Positions 9,486 to 19,241 of a DNA stretch of 64,000 nt are shown in pieces. A model generated the notes under the pieces. It made no database searches. It was not told the origin of the DNA and saw nothing but the letters and a program-made list of their open reading frames with translations. Location: NCBI GenBank assembly GCA_003388555.1, contig QQVD01000068.1, positions 150,633-214,632 on the forward strand. Direction: 5' to 3'. The translations under genes and the position numbers were made by a program. Source of the DNA: Acidobacteriota bacterium (GTDB taxonomy: Bacteria > Acidobacteriota > Thermoanaerobaculia > Multivoradales > Multivoraceae). Position 1 is the first letter of the stretch, and each line of letters opens with the position of its first letter.

Positions 9486-10223
9486 TCAGCGGCGAGGCGG
9501 TGGCGCTTGCTGCGGCCTTGCTTCGGGGGGGCTCCACACCTCGGGCACGACTGCCCGTCCCGAGAAGCTCTCGACCAGCATGAAGATGAGGGCGTCGTCC
9601 TCGGCGCCGATCTGCGCCGTGAAGCCGGAGACCAGCCGGCCCAGGCTGTCGACCAGAGCGGCGAAGCGGAACTTCCAGGCTCCCTGCTCGCGGACGAACT
9701 CGTAGCTCAGCGGCTCGAGCCCCTCGGAGTCGAGCGGCAGACCCTGGGCGGTCAGGGCCTGCGCCATGGCGGCGTCACCGTCGACGCGCACCTCGCCGAT
9801 GGTCAGCTCGCCGAGAGTCTCCGGTGCCAGCCAGCCGGCCTGCATGGCGAGGTCGATCAGCTCGGCGAGGGTGATCTCCTGCAGCTGGCGCTCGTCGAGG
9901 GTGTGGCGCAGCGTGACCACCAGCAGACGGTCGACGAACGAGCGCCCGGAGAGCTCCTCGCGCGGGGCGGTGCGCGCCAGGCGCTTCAGCTCTTCGAGGT
10001 AGTCGAAGGTCTCAGCGTCGACCAGGGAGGCGGCGGCGGCGCCCTCGCCGGCCGCGAGCGCGTCACGGTAGCGCTCGAAGACCGAGCGCACCGCCGCCTC
10101 GTCGTCGGCCGACGCCGCCGTCGCGGATGCCGCCACCGAGAGCAGGACCAGCAGCCCGCCGACCGGCCACGCCAACGGCAGCGCCCGGCCCCGCCGCCGA
10201 GGCCACTCCGCTGCCCGGATCAC
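9486..10223 (-). CDS. hypothetical secreted protein
   Basis: C-terminal 245 aa of ORF 9486..10916. Begins at a GTG that overlaps the isochorismatase stop (GTGA at 10220-10223). Signal-like LPLAWPVGGLLVLLSVAASATAASA. Upstream part of the ORF track entry is antisense of 10220..10813. Confidence 0.4.
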   Translation of the reverse strand: MIRAAEWPRRRGRALPLAWPVGGLLVLLSVAASATAASADDEAAVRSVFERYRDALAAGEGAAAASLVDAETFDYLEELKRLARTAPREELSGRSFVDRLLVVTLRHTLDERQLQEITLAELIDLAMQAGWLAPETLGELTIGEVRVDGDAAMAQALTAQGLPLDSEGLEPLSYEFVREQGAWKFRFAALVDSLGRLVSGFTAQIGAEDDALIFMLVESFSGRAVVPEVWSPPEARPQQAPPPRR

Positions 10224-10813
10224 GTTGCGATCTGACCGGACCGCAGGAGTCCGCTCAGCTCCTTGAACCGCGGGTGATCCTTGTCGCCGGCCCACTCGAA
10301 GCCCGCCGACTCGTGGTTGGTGATCACAGCGCCTGCCGACCGCATCCGCTCCAGCGCCCAGTGACGGTACTCCTCGCCGCGCCCCGAGACGCACTCCCAG
10401 CACACGTGCACGGCCGAGCCGGCCTCGAGCAGCCCGAGCACGGTCTGGGCGACGCAGACGTGCGCCTCGATGCCGGCGACGACGTACTGGCGGCGGGCCG
10501 CCGGCACGCCGGGCCGCAGCCGCGACACCGCCTCCTCGAAGCGCTCGCCACAGCAGCTGAAGGTCGTCTTCTCGATCCGCTCGCTGGCCACTCGCAGCTG
10601 CTCGAAGCGACGCAGCACGCCCTCTTCGGTCGGCCCGAGGCCCTGGGGATACTGCTCGGTGAGCAGCACCGGGACCTCGAACAGATCGGCGATCCGCAGC
10701 AGCCGGTCGATGCCGGCGAGCATCAGCTCGGGCCGGTGGACCTGCCCGACGAGGCGACCCTGGACGTCGATCACCACCACCAGCGAACGGTCGCGATCGA
10801 GCAGCAGCGACAT
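10220..10813 (-). CDS. isochorismatase-family cysteine hydrolase
   Basis: LVVVIDVQ...; VAGIEAHVCVAQT (catalytic Cys context); 197 aa, typical family size. Confidence 0.8.
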   Translation of the reverse strand: MSLLLDRDRSLVVVIDVQGRLVGQVHRPELMLAGIDRLLRIADLFEVPVLLTEQYPQGLGPTEEGVLRRFEQLRVASERIEKTTFSCCGERFEEAVSRLRPGVPAARRQYVVAGIEAHVCVAQTVLGLLEAGSAVHVCWECVSGRGEEYRHWALERMRSAGAVITNHESAGFEWAGDKDHPRFKELSGLLRSGQIAT

Positions 10814-11559
10814 CAGCTCCCCGAGTTGAACGAGACGACGATGCCACCGTCCTGTGCGACCACCGAGACCTGGCGGCCGTCACCGTGGGTCCCGGTGAGC
10901 GACTGCAGGCTGGCACCGCCGCCCGAGAGCTCCTGGCTGCGCACCTCGAACGCAGCGGCCTCGAGCTCCTGCTTGTAGAAGGCGATGGCGTCGGCTCCGG
11001 CGATGCCCTCGAGCTGGAAGGCCCCGGCCTGCTGGGCGCCGCTCGACTGCGCGAACTGCACCTGGGCGGTGGCGCCCGGCGGGATCGGCAGCCAGTCGGG
11101 CAGCTCGCTGCCGGACGCCGCGCCGCCGTAGCGGGTCTCTCCCTCGTCGGTGCGCACGGTGAGGCCGCCGGCCTCGGCGTCGCTCTCGAACTCCACCGTG
11201 CCGTCCGGTCCCTCGAACTCGATCCGCCCGGCCTTCACGTCCTCGAAGCTGATCCGGTACTCCTCGCCCTTCTCGACGTGGCGGAAGACCACCTCCTGGG
11301 TCTCCTCGTCGGCGGAGACGAATTCGATCTCCGGGTTGGCCAGGGCGATCGCCTTGGCGGTGAAGGTCACGGGGTTGGCCGAGGCTTCGGCTGCGACGGA
11401 TTCTGCTTTGTTCCAAAGCCAGGTGCTCCCGCGCCAAGCAACGAATCCGACAACGGCAACACCCACCACCACCAACACGGCGCAACCGATGCCCACCCAG
11501 GCCAGCGGATGCAGTCCCTTTCTGTTCGCCACGATCTCACCCCTCCTCGGTTCGTTCAC
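10813..11559 (-). CDS. hypothetical membrane-anchored protein
   Basis: N-terminal TM (LAWVGIGCAVLVVVGVAVVGFVAW) followed by an acidic/Gly-rich soluble domain. Stop overlaps the start of the isochorismatase gene. Confidence 0.5.
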   Translation of the reverse strand: MNEPRRGEIVANRKGLHPLAWVGIGCAVLVVVGVAVVGFVAWRGSTWLWNKAESVAAEASANPVTFTAKAIALANPEIEFVSADEETQEVVFRHVEKGEEYRISFEDVKAGRIEFEGPDGTVEFESDAEAGGLTVRTDEGETRYGGAASGSELPDWLPIPPGATAQVQFAQSSGAQQAGAFQLEGIAGADAIAFYKQELEAAAFEVRSQELSGGGASLQSLTGTHGDGRQVSVVAQDGGIVVSFNSGS

Positions 11560-11664
11560 TGCCGCCGGCGCGCAAGACGTCGGTGGCCTCTCTCGTTCTC
11601 CTCGAAGTCTGCGGCGCGGTCGGCACCGGCAGCGTCATCGCGCAGGCGACACCAGGCGACGACC

Positions 11665-13089
11665 TCACGGAGCCTGCTCGAGCAGCGCCAGCATACGCCT
11701 CAGGCCCTCGCGCGCCACCCTCCCGGCGAGCGCATCGGGCAACCGGCACTCGGAGACGTCGGCGACGATCCGGCAACGCGCCGCCGCGACGCAGATCTCC
11801 TCGCCGCTCGGCCGGCTGCGGCCTGCCAGCTCCGCGGTGCACTGCGCCTCGGTGCCGAAGTACTCCGGCAGCTCGAGCAACACGGCGAATCCCTGCCGCC
11901 GGGTGATCGGCTCGTCGGCCGCGAACTCTCGCAGCGTGGCGTCCTGCAGCGGCATCAGGCCGAGGTTGACGACCCTGACGATCGCCGCGCGCTGCGGGTG
12001 CTCGAGCGGCAGGTCGGTGACGATCTGACCGCTCTCCGGCCGCCGCGTTCTGACCCCCGGCAGCAACCAGTAGAGCAGCTCGGCGAAGTCGCCGCGGCTG
12101 AGTCGCTCGCGGTCGACGATCTGGCGCACTTCCGCCGGCAGCATGTCGAGTCGCCAGACGAACTGCGCCGCGGCGAGCCCGTCGGCGACCTCGGGGTCGT
12201 TCGGAAGCTGTTCGGCGAGCTGGGTGTAGACCTGCAGCCCGCGCTCGGCGTCGCCGTACTCGACCTCGAGGTGGCCGAGGCGCTTGTAGTTGCCGACCGT
12301 CGGCTGGCGCGGGATCCAGGCCCGCAGCGCCGCCAGCTCAGCGGCCGGCTCGGCGATGGCCCTGGCCAGGTCGAGTCGCGCCCGCAGCGTGACGTCGGCT
12401 CCCGGCGCCCACTCCTCCATGCGCTGCACCGCGGCCCGTGCCGCCTCGAGCCGGTCTTCGGCGAGCGCCGCGGCGAGTCCGCGCAAGGTGAACTGCAGCG
12501 CCGCTTCCAGGGTGCGCTCGGCGCCGCGTCGCGCCGGCTCCGCCGACTCCGCAGCGAGCCGGTAGGCCGCGTGCGCCACGTCAGGCCGCGCCTCCAGCTC
12601 GGCGGCGCGCCCCAGCACCAGGGCTCCCGGCCAGGTGAGAGTGGCCTCGATCAGCGAGGTCCGCGGGGCCAGCCCCGAGTCCGCCGGCACCAGGCGGGCG
12701 AGCACGCCGCTGCTGTCGCCGGCGACGAAGTCGGCCTGCGCCCGGAGGACCTCCGCCGGCACCAGCGCCCCGGCGACCTGCTCCACCCGCTGGGCGGCAC
12801 GGCGGGCTGCGTCGACATCGCCGACGCGGCGCAGCTCTTCGAACCCCGACTGCAGGTCGGCCCGCAGGGCGGGGTCGATCGCCAGCAGGTAGCCCTCCCA
12901 CGGCGAAGCCAGGTAGGTCGCCAGCTCGGGCGCCAGCGCCGGATCGCGCACCACGTCGCGATCGGTGGTCGAGCCGCAGGCCGAGGCCAGCACCAGCACC
13001 GCGGCGCAGAGCCCACCGCGGATCGGGAGCGAGCGTCCGACGGTGGCGGAACGGCCGGCGAGCCGGCCGATGCTGCGAGCTGGGCGCAT
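11665..13089 (-). CDS. putative lipoprotein (helical repeat protein)
   Basis: Lipobox LVLASACGS after a positively charged N-terminus. 474 aa, Ala/Leu/Arg-rich helical repeats, no catalytic motif recognised. Confidence 0.55.
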   Translation of the reverse strand: MRPARSIGRLAGRSATVGRSLPIRGGLCAAVLVLASACGSTTDRDVVRDPALAPELATYLASPWEGYLLAIDPALRADLQSGFEELRRVGDVDAARRAAQRVEQVAGALVPAEVLRAQADFVAGDSSGVLARLVPADSGLAPRTSLIEATLTWPGALVLGRAAELEARPDVAHAAYRLAAESAEPARRGAERTLEAALQFTLRGLAAALAEDRLEAARAAVQRMEEWAPGADVTLRARLDLARAIAEPAAELAALRAWIPRQPTVGNYKRLGHLEVEYGDAERGLQVYTQLAEQLPNDPEVADGLAAAQFVWRLDMLPAEVRQIVDRERLSRGDFAELLYWLLPGVRTRRPESGQIVTDLPLEHPQRAAIVRVVNLGLMPLQDATLREFAADEPITRRQGFAVLLELPEYFGTEAQCTAELAGRSRPSGEEICVAAARCRIVADVSECRLPDALAGRVAREGLRRMLALLEQAP

Positions 13090-13292
13090 GGGTCTGGGAG
13101 GATCTTCGGTGCGTGGCCCGGGGTCTCGCGGTACGAGCGCCGTGCGTTCTTCGACGCTCCGCTGCGAGCGGCACCGCAGGCCCCCGGTCCGCGGCGCGGC
13201 TCCAGATCGTCGCGAATCGCCGAAGCGCCGGAGCGCCGGAGCGGCGGCGGGAGATGCCGCCCGTCGGAGCGCTCGCCGGGCGATGCCGGCGC

Positions 13293-13508
13293 TCAGTCCT
13301 TGACGGCCGCCCGGATCGTGGCGATGGCGTGCTTGTAGATCAGGAGCTCGGCCTCGCCCGGCGGCTCGAGGACCAGGGCGAAACGATCGAAGCGCCGCAG
13401 CCGACCGGAGAAGGTCGTGCCCGTCAGGAGCACGACCTCGAGGGTCGTCGCGTCCTTCAGGTTCTGGAAGAGGAAACCGTCCTGGATGTTGATGTTGTGC
13501 TTGCTCAT
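13293..13508 (-). CDS. hfq: RNA chaperone Hfq
   Basis: NIQDGFLFQ...VVLLTGTTFSGRLRRFDRFALVL...IYKHAIATI matches the Sm1/Sm2 motifs of Hfq. RBS AGGTGAG lies 7 nt upstream of the ATG. Confidence 0.85.
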   Translation of the reverse strand: MSKHNINIQDGFLFQNLKDATTLEVVLLTGTTFSGRLRRFDRFALVLEPPGEAELLIYKHAIATIRAAVKD

Positions 13509-13816
13509 GAGTTGCTCACCTGGGAACGGATTGGAACGGATCGACGGCTGCGAGGAACTACCGGGGCTTCCGCCGGGCGGAGGCCGGACGTCCGGACGAG
13601 CTACGGATCACACGTTTCGGGAGCCTACATGCGGCCAAATGTGAATGACTGCATCGGAGGAAAGGAGAGACGGTCGGCCCGATAGGCGGCCGGCGGGTCC
13701 CTCCCCGGAGGACCTGTGGCCCGCACGCGATGACGACAGCCGCCGACCGAGGTCGATGAACCGACGCCCACTGCCGGGCGGTCGGCCGCAGTCGTACCGT
13801 GTCCAGAACCGAAACC

Positions 13817-14857
13817 CTATGCCGACTCGGCCTCAGAAGCCAGTCTCACCTCGCGCGCCAGCAGGTCGACCCGCGCCAGTGCCCGGTCCGCGTCGAGCCA
13901 TCGCACCCTCGGCGTGCCGCGGAACCAGGTGAGCTGACGCTTGGCATAGCGGCGGGTCTCACGCTCGATCCGCTGCCGCACCTCGGCGACCGGCAGCGAT
14001 CCCTCGAGACCGGCGACGATCTGGCGATAGCCGATCGCCTGGAAGGCAGCCGCTGACGGTGCGATCCCGGACCGCAGCAGATCGGCGACCTCCTCCTCCC
14101 ATCCGGCGTCGAACATCGCCTCCACACGGCCGGCGATCCGGCCGTAGAGCTCGACGCGCGGCAGCGTGACGCCAAAGCTGACCGCCGCCGCGACCGCCTG
14201 GCCCGCCGCAGCGCTCCAGCCGGCCAGGGGCGTGCCGGCGGGTTGGCGGTGGCCGGCCGAGCCGAGCCGACGGGCCTGCGCGACTGCCCCGGCCTCGACC
14301 AGCTCCAGCGCCCGCACGATGCGTTGACCGTCGGCGGCGGCGATCCGTTCGGCGCTCGCCGGGTCGCGCGAGCTCAGCTCGCGATGCAGCGCCGCGGCAC
14401 CTTCGCGGGCGAGGCGTGCCTTGAGCCGTCGACGCACGACCGCGGGCACGCGCGGCGTCGCGGCGAGGCCTGCGAAGAGGGCGCGGTGGTAGAGCCCCGA
14501 CCCACCCACGACGATGGCGACCCGGCCTCGTGCCGCGATCTCGTCGATGGCCGTGCGCGCCACCGCAGCGAAGGCTCCGGCAGAGAACGCCTGGTCGGGC
14601 TCGAGCAGGTCGATCAGGTGGTGAGGCGCCGCGCGTCGTTCCTCGGCGGTGGGCTTGGCGGTGCCGATGTCGAGTCGGCGGTAGGCCTGCAGCGCGTCGG
14701 CGTTGACGATCTCGGCGCCCAGGCGTGCGGCCAGCTCGATCGCCAGCCGGGTCTTTCCTGCCGCCGTCGGACCGACGATGGCGACCACGACGGGCCGCCG
14801 CGACCGGCGCTCACCGACTCGCTCGCTTCTCCCTGGCTTCGCTCGCACCTGTTGCAT
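13817..14857 (-). CDS. miaA: tRNA dimethylallyltransferase MiaA
   Basis: P-loop VVVAIVGPTAAGKTRLAIELA, DALQAYRRLDIGTAKP; classic miaA-hfq synteny. Start set at the internal ATG 14855-14857 (MQQVRAK...). The ORF track start 14932 would overlap comEC by 122 nt. Confidence 0.8.
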   Translation of the reverse strand: MQQVRAKPGRSERVGERRSRRPVVVAIVGPTAAGKTRLAIELAARLGAEIVNADALQAYRRLDIGTAKPTAEERRAAPHHLIDLLEPDQAFSAGAFAAVARTAIDEIAARGRVAIVVGGSGLYHRALFAGLAATPRVPAVVRRRLKARLAREGAAALHRELSSRDPASAERIAAADGQRIVRALELVEAGAVAQARRLGSAGHRQPAGTPLAGWSAAAGQAVAAAVSFGVTLPRVELYGRIAGRVEAMFDAGWEEEVADLLRSGIAPSAAAFQAIGYRQIVAGLEGSLPVAEVRQRIERETRRYAKRQLTWFRGTPRVRWLDADRALARVDLLAREVRLASEAESA

Positions 14858-17567
14858 CGATCGACTCGCTCGGCTCGATCGGCTCGATCGGCTCGGTCGG
14901 CAGCGATGGAGCGAGCGGCCGAGATCCTCCACCCACCGGCAGATGGCAGGGGCGCCAAGCGCCCTCGCCGAGACGATCCCTGTGGCTGCCGAAGCTCGAC
15001 CGGCCGGCGGCGTCGAACCGTAGCACCAGACGACCGTCGAGGTCGGTGCGAAGCACCAGGGCCCCGGTGGCGCAGAGGTCGCGCAGGACCCTCGGATGTG
15101 GGTGACCGTAGCGGTTCCTGCGCCCCGCCGACACCAACGCCCAACGTGGCCTCACCGCCGCGAGGAAGCGCGGATCGGAGGAGGTCGCCGAGCCGTGGTG
15201 CCCCACCTGGAGCACGTCGCACGAGAGGTCGCCGGTGCGGCCCAGCAAGGCGAGCTCGCCGCGGCGGTCGAGGTCGCCGGTGACCAGCACGCAGCGCCGG
15301 CGCCAGCGCGCCCTCACCACCAGTGAATCCTGGTTGCCGCGCGAGCCCGCGGCGGCGCCACCGCCGAGGACCTCGAAGCGCCAGCCAGCGGCGCTGCGGC
15401 GCTCGCCCTCGGCGAGGACCCGGATGCGGCCGTCGAACCCTCTGCGCAGCCCCTCCTCGCAGCGGCCCCCGCCCGCCATGGGCGACGCCGGCGCGGACGG
15501 GCTTCGCAGACGACGGCCGAGGTCGCCAGACACCCAGAGCTCCTCGATGCGCAGTCGCGACGCCAGCTCGACGATGCCGAGACAGTGGTCGGTGTCGTCG
15601 TGGGTGACGATCGCGGCGGCGAGGCGACCAACGCCGTGCCGTCGCAGCACCGGCTCGAGCACCTGCTGCGCGACCGAGCTGGTGCTCGCCGGGCTCCAGC
15701 CGCCGCCATCGATCAAGACAGCGCCCAGCCCGGAGGTGAGCAGAGTCGCGTCTCCCTGCCCGACGTCGAGGGCCTGCACGGTGGCGCTGGCGGCCCCGGT
15801 GACGCTTTGCAGCCCCGCCTCGAGGGCGCGACGCGCGCTCGTGGCGACCAGCGCCGCCGACACGACCGCGCCCGGCAGCGCCGTCCAGGCGAGCAGCAGC
15901 GCCAAGACCGTGCCCGGAGTCAGGGCCGTCGGGCGCCGTTCGCGGCGGGTCGGATGGCGACGTGGATCGCGGCCGCTCCGTCGGCGTGCCAACGCCACCG
16001 CCGACGACAGCGCCAGCGCCGAGCCCGCCCACCAGACCGCGGCCGCGAACGGCGGCGCCACCACCGAAGCCCGATCGGCGGCGGCCGCGACGAGGACCAA
16101 CGCCTGCACCAAGGCTTCGAGGACCCCGAGCAGCGGCCAGGCGGCCGGCGCCGAGGAGCCGACGCAGGCCAACAGCAGAGACAGCGGCAGGAGGGCGGCC
16201 ACCAGGGGCGCCGCCAGCAGATTGCCCGCCCAGGAGAGCAGGCTCCAGCGCCCGAAGGCGCCGACGACGAGAGGGAAGGTCGCCCACTGTGCCCAGGCGA
16301 CGACGGTCATCGCCTCGCCGGCGAGAACCGACCTGCCGCCGGCGGCGCCCCTACCCTGCCAGCTCCGCCGGAGCGTCAGGCCGCACCAGATGCCGAACAC
16401 CGCCGTGAACGACAGCGACAGGCCGAGCGCCTGAGCCCGCCAGGCACCGCTGGCCAGGGCCGCGACCAGGGTCAGCCCGAACACCTGCAGAGCCGCCGGC
16501 CGTCGCTGCGCAGCGACCGCCGCCAGCCAAGAGGTGACGGCGAGAGCGGCGCGCACCACCGAGGCGCCGAGCCCCGCCGCCAGGGCGTAGACCCAGACCG
16601 CCGAGAGGACGACCAGGCCCCGCGCCAGCCCGCCGCTGCGTCCTCCCCACGCCGCGCCGGCGGCGAGCGCGACGATGCCGACGTGCAGACCGCTGGCGGC
16701 GAACAGGTGACCCAACCCGGCGCCGCGGACGGTACGGGCGAAGGGGGCCGGGAGCAGACGCTGGTCGCCGAGCCACAGGGCGGCCGCCAGGCGCCCGCCC
16801 GGCGGCCGATCCTCTGTCTCGGCGGTAGCGGGTCCGTGCCGCAGCTCGGCGAGCAGGCGCCGGCGCAACGCCGCGCCCGCTCGCCGCGCCGGTCGTGTCG
16901 CCAGGCCGGTCAGAACGCGCTCGTCGCTGCGACCGGGCACCGGCCGCAGCAGGCGCTCCGACTTGACCGCCAGGGCGAGGCCGGAGGCGCCGGCGCGTCC
17001 GCGCAAAGGCTCGTCGTCCGCCCCGAGACCGTTCGCCGGCGCCGTGCGCCGTTCGATCGATCCGCGCACCCGGAAGCGATCGCCGCGTTGCGCGTCGGCC
17101 ACCGCCGCGAGACCCAGCGGCACCCGCAGTCGCACCGCCTCGCCACCGGGCACCCAGCCGGCGGGACGGCGGCGGTGCGCCACCACGATCGCCGCTGCCT
17201 CGAGGCTCCAGGGCCCGGCGGTGGGAGGCTCGGACAGCTCGACGATCGCCTCGACGACGCCACGCGGTTGAGGACCGCGCCGCTGCTCTTCGCCCACCAA
17301 GGCGCCGGCCAGGGCCCCGGCGCCGCCGAGGCCGAACAACACGCCGGCCAACGGACGGCGCCAGCCGGACGCCTGGTCGCCGCCGCACCCGTAGAGCAGC
17401 ATGCCCGCCGCCAGCAGACCGATCCAGGCGGCGGTTTCGGGCGGGCAGCCGTTGGCCGCCAGCAACGTGCCGCCGACTCCGCCGCAGGCCGAGGCGAAAG
17501 CCGGCGCACCGAGGCGCCAACGCTGCTCCAGCCACTTCGTCCGGACGGGTCCGGCACGTTCCTCCAT
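14811..17567 (-). CDS. comEC: DNA internalization competence protein ComEC/Rec2 (multi-TM + C-terminal metallo-beta-lactamase domain)
   Basis: Many TM segments; C-terminal ALDVGQGDATLL...VTHDDTDHCLG...VLQVGHHGSATSSDPRFL (MBL fold motifs). 918 aa. Confidence 0.8.
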   Translation of the reverse strand: MEERAGPVRTKWLEQRWRLGAPAFASACGGVGGTLLAANGCPPETAAWIGLLAAGMLLYGCGGDQASGWRRPLAGVLFGLGGAGALAGALVGEEQRRGPQPRGVVEAIVELSEPPTAGPWSLEAAAIVVAHRRRPAGWVPGGEAVRLRVPLGLAAVADAQRGDRFRVRGSIERRTAPANGLGADDEPLRGRAGASGLALAVKSERLLRPVPGRSDERVLTGLATRPARRAGAALRRRLLAELRHGPATAETEDRPPGGRLAAALWLGDQRLLPAPFARTVRGAGLGHLFAASGLHVGIVALAAGAAWGGRSGGLARGLVVLSAVWVYALAAGLGASVVRAALAVTSWLAAVAAQRRPAALQVFGLTLVAALASGAWRAQALGLSLSFTAVFGIWCGLTLRRSWQGRGAAGGRSVLAGEAMTVVAWAQWATFPLVVGAFGRWSLLSWAGNLLAAPLVAALLPLSLLLACVGSSAPAAWPLLGVLEALVQALVLVAAAADRASVVAPPFAAAVWWAGSALALSSAVALARRRSGRDPRRHPTRRERRPTALTPGTVLALLLAWTALPGAVVSAALVATSARRALEAGLQSVTGAASATVQALDVGQGDATLLTSGLGAVLIDGGGWSPASTSSVAQQVLEPVLRRHGVGRLAAAIVTHDDTDHCLGIVELASRLRIEELWVSGDLGRRLRSPSAPASPMAGGGRCEEGLRRGFDGRIRVLAEGERRSAAGWRFEVLGGGAAAGSRGNQDSLVVRARWRRRCVLVTGDLDRRGELALLGRTGDLSCDVLQVGHHGSATSSDPRFLAAVRPRWALVSAGRRNRYGHPHPRVLRDLCATGALVLRTDLDGRLVLRFDAAGRSSFGSHRDRLGEGAWRPCHLPVGGGSRPLAPSLPTEPIEPIEPSESIDATGASEAREKRASR
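14860..14904. repeat. imperfect tandem 9-mer repeat (TCGGCTCGA-like) x5
   Basis: tcgactcgc tcggctcga tcggctcga tcggctcgg tcggcagcg. It lies in the comEC C-terminal tail coding region (encodes PIEPIEPSE) and just upstream of the chosen miaA start. Confidence 0.85.
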
Positions 17568-17630
17568 GCCCAGGCAGAACGCCGCCGGCGCCGACCGACT
17601 GACGCCAACACGTCCCAGCCGCCTCCGGGA

Positions 17631-18374
17631 TCAGTACACCGAGTGGAAGAGCGACAGGCGCGGCAGTCCGAGCACCTCGCGCAGCACCTGCCGTCGCACC
17701 GAGTCCCGCGCCAGACGCAGCTCGCCGGCGTCGATGCGTCGCTCGAGCTGCCGCGTCGCCCGCTCGACGCCGGCCTCCACCCGGGCGGAGCGCTCCGCGT
17801 CGAGATCGCTCCCCGCCTGCTCCAGCAGATCGCGCTCGAGCGCGCTCAGCGCCGCCTCGACGTCGCCGATCGACCCCAGCTCTCCACACTCCTCGATCCG
17901 GCGACGCCACACGTCGCGCTCGCCGAGCGCCTCCGGCAGCGCCGCGGCGAGCGCCGCCAGGCGCTCGGCCAGCGAGCCGCCGCGAGCGTGCTCGCCGGCG
18001 CTCCCGTCCGTCGCCAGACGCGAGCCCGACCGCCGCTCCGACGGCGCCCCGGCGGGCGACGCGGGAGCCTCGTAGAGCAACATCTCCCGCGCCGCGCGCC
18101 AGGCGCTCTGCACCGCTGGAGCGCAGTAGGCGATGCTGTTGACCCGTGGGCTCTTGCCCGCCTCCCGCCGCTGCTCGAACAGCTCGGCCACGGTGCGCAG
18201 CACCAGCTCGAGAGGAATCCCCTGCTCGTGCCAGCCCCGGATCACCTGCCAGTCCTTGGGACTGAGCAGGAGAGGCGCTCCCCGCCGGTCGACGAACTCA
18301 CGCTCGATACGCTGGAAGTACTCGTGGCGCGGAGACGACTCCGGTGTCTCGTCCTGCGACCACGAGGCGGGCAT
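17631..18374 (-). CDS. hypothetical protein (helical, Arg/Glu-rich)
   Basis: 247 aa ORF between birA and comEC with coding-like composition; no motif recognised. Confidence 0.45.
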   Translation of the reverse strand: MPASWSQDETPESSPRHEYFQRIEREFVDRRGAPLLLSPKDWQVIRGWHEQGIPLELVLRTVAELFEQRREAGKSPRVNSIAYCAPAVQSAWRAAREMLLYEAPASPAGAPSERRSGSRLATDGSAGEHARGGSLAERLAALAAALPEALGERDVWRRRIEECGELGSIGDVEAALSALERDLLEQAGSDLDAERSARVEAGVERATRQLERRIDAGELRLARDSVRRQVLREVLGLPRLSLFHSVY

Positions 18375-18380
18375 GGCGCG

Positions 18381-19241
18381 TCAAGCCTCCCCGGCCGGCC
18401 GCTCGCGCAGCACCACGTCGCCGGCATGCACCGTCTCGACCCCGTCCTCGGTGCGCAGCAGCAGCGCTCCCTGGTCGTCGATCCCGGCGAACGAGCCGCT
18501 CCGCTCACCGTCCGGAGATCGCCAGCCGATCGGGTCGCCCTCGCGGTGCACCACCTGCGATCGGTAGTCGGCGACGATCTCCTCGAGCGAGCGGCTCGTC
18601 GCCAGCTCGCGCTGCAGCGAAGAGAGGCAGCACAGCGCGACGGTCGAACAGGTCGGGGCTTCGCCAGCCGCCTCGAGGGCGATCGAGGTGGCACCGTGCA
18701 CCAGCTCCGCCTCGCTCTGGGCGACGTTGACTCCGACGCCGATGACCACGCCCCCAGCGTCGGCGCTGCGCACCAGCTCGAGCAGGATGCCGCCGAGCTT
18801 GCGGCCGGAGACCAGCAGATCGTTCGGCCACTTGAGGCGACAGCCGACGACGCCGAGATCGACCAGGCCCCGGTTCAGGCAGCTGCCGACCCGCAGCGGC
18901 AGGCCATGCAGCACCTCGGGTCGAGGATCCTCGAGCGGCCAGAACAGCGACAGGTAGACGCCCATCCCCGCGTCGCTGGCCCAGCTGCGTCCCAGCCTGC
19001 CGCGCCCAGCCTCCTGGCGCCAGGCGATCAGCGCGAATGGAGCACGCAGAGGCGACTCGCCGGCGAGGTCGTGGGCGATGGCTCGCAGCAGCCGGTTGGT
19101 CGAATCGACCACGCCGACGACGGCGACCTGCACCGGGCTGCCCGCCAGCACCGCCCGCGCGTAGCCCTCGAAAGCGCCGGTGTCGCCGCTCTTCCTCGGC
19201 GACGCATGCGGCGTCCCGGAGCCCGAACGGCCTTCAACCAT
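18381..19241 (-). CDS. birA: biotin--[acetyl-CoA-carboxylase] ligase BirA (catalytic domain type)
   Basis: GRGRLGRSW...; KWPNDLLVSGRKLGGILLE, the signature of biotin protein ligase. 8-nt overlap with the valS stop. Confidence 0.8.
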   Translation of the reverse strand: MVEGRSGSGTPHASPRKSGDTGAFEGYARAVLAGSPVQVAVVGVVDSTNRLLRAIAHDLAGESPLRAPFALIAWRQEAGRGRLGRSWASDAGMGVYLSLFWPLEDPRPEVLHGLPLRVGSCLNRGLVDLGVVGCRLKWPNDLLVSGRKLGGILLELVRSADAGGVVIGVGVNVAQSEAELVHGATSIALEAAGEAPTCSTVALCCLSSLQRELATSRSLEEIVADYRSQVVHREGDPIGWRSPDGERSGSFAGIDDQGALLLRTEDGVETVHAGDVVLRERPAGEA

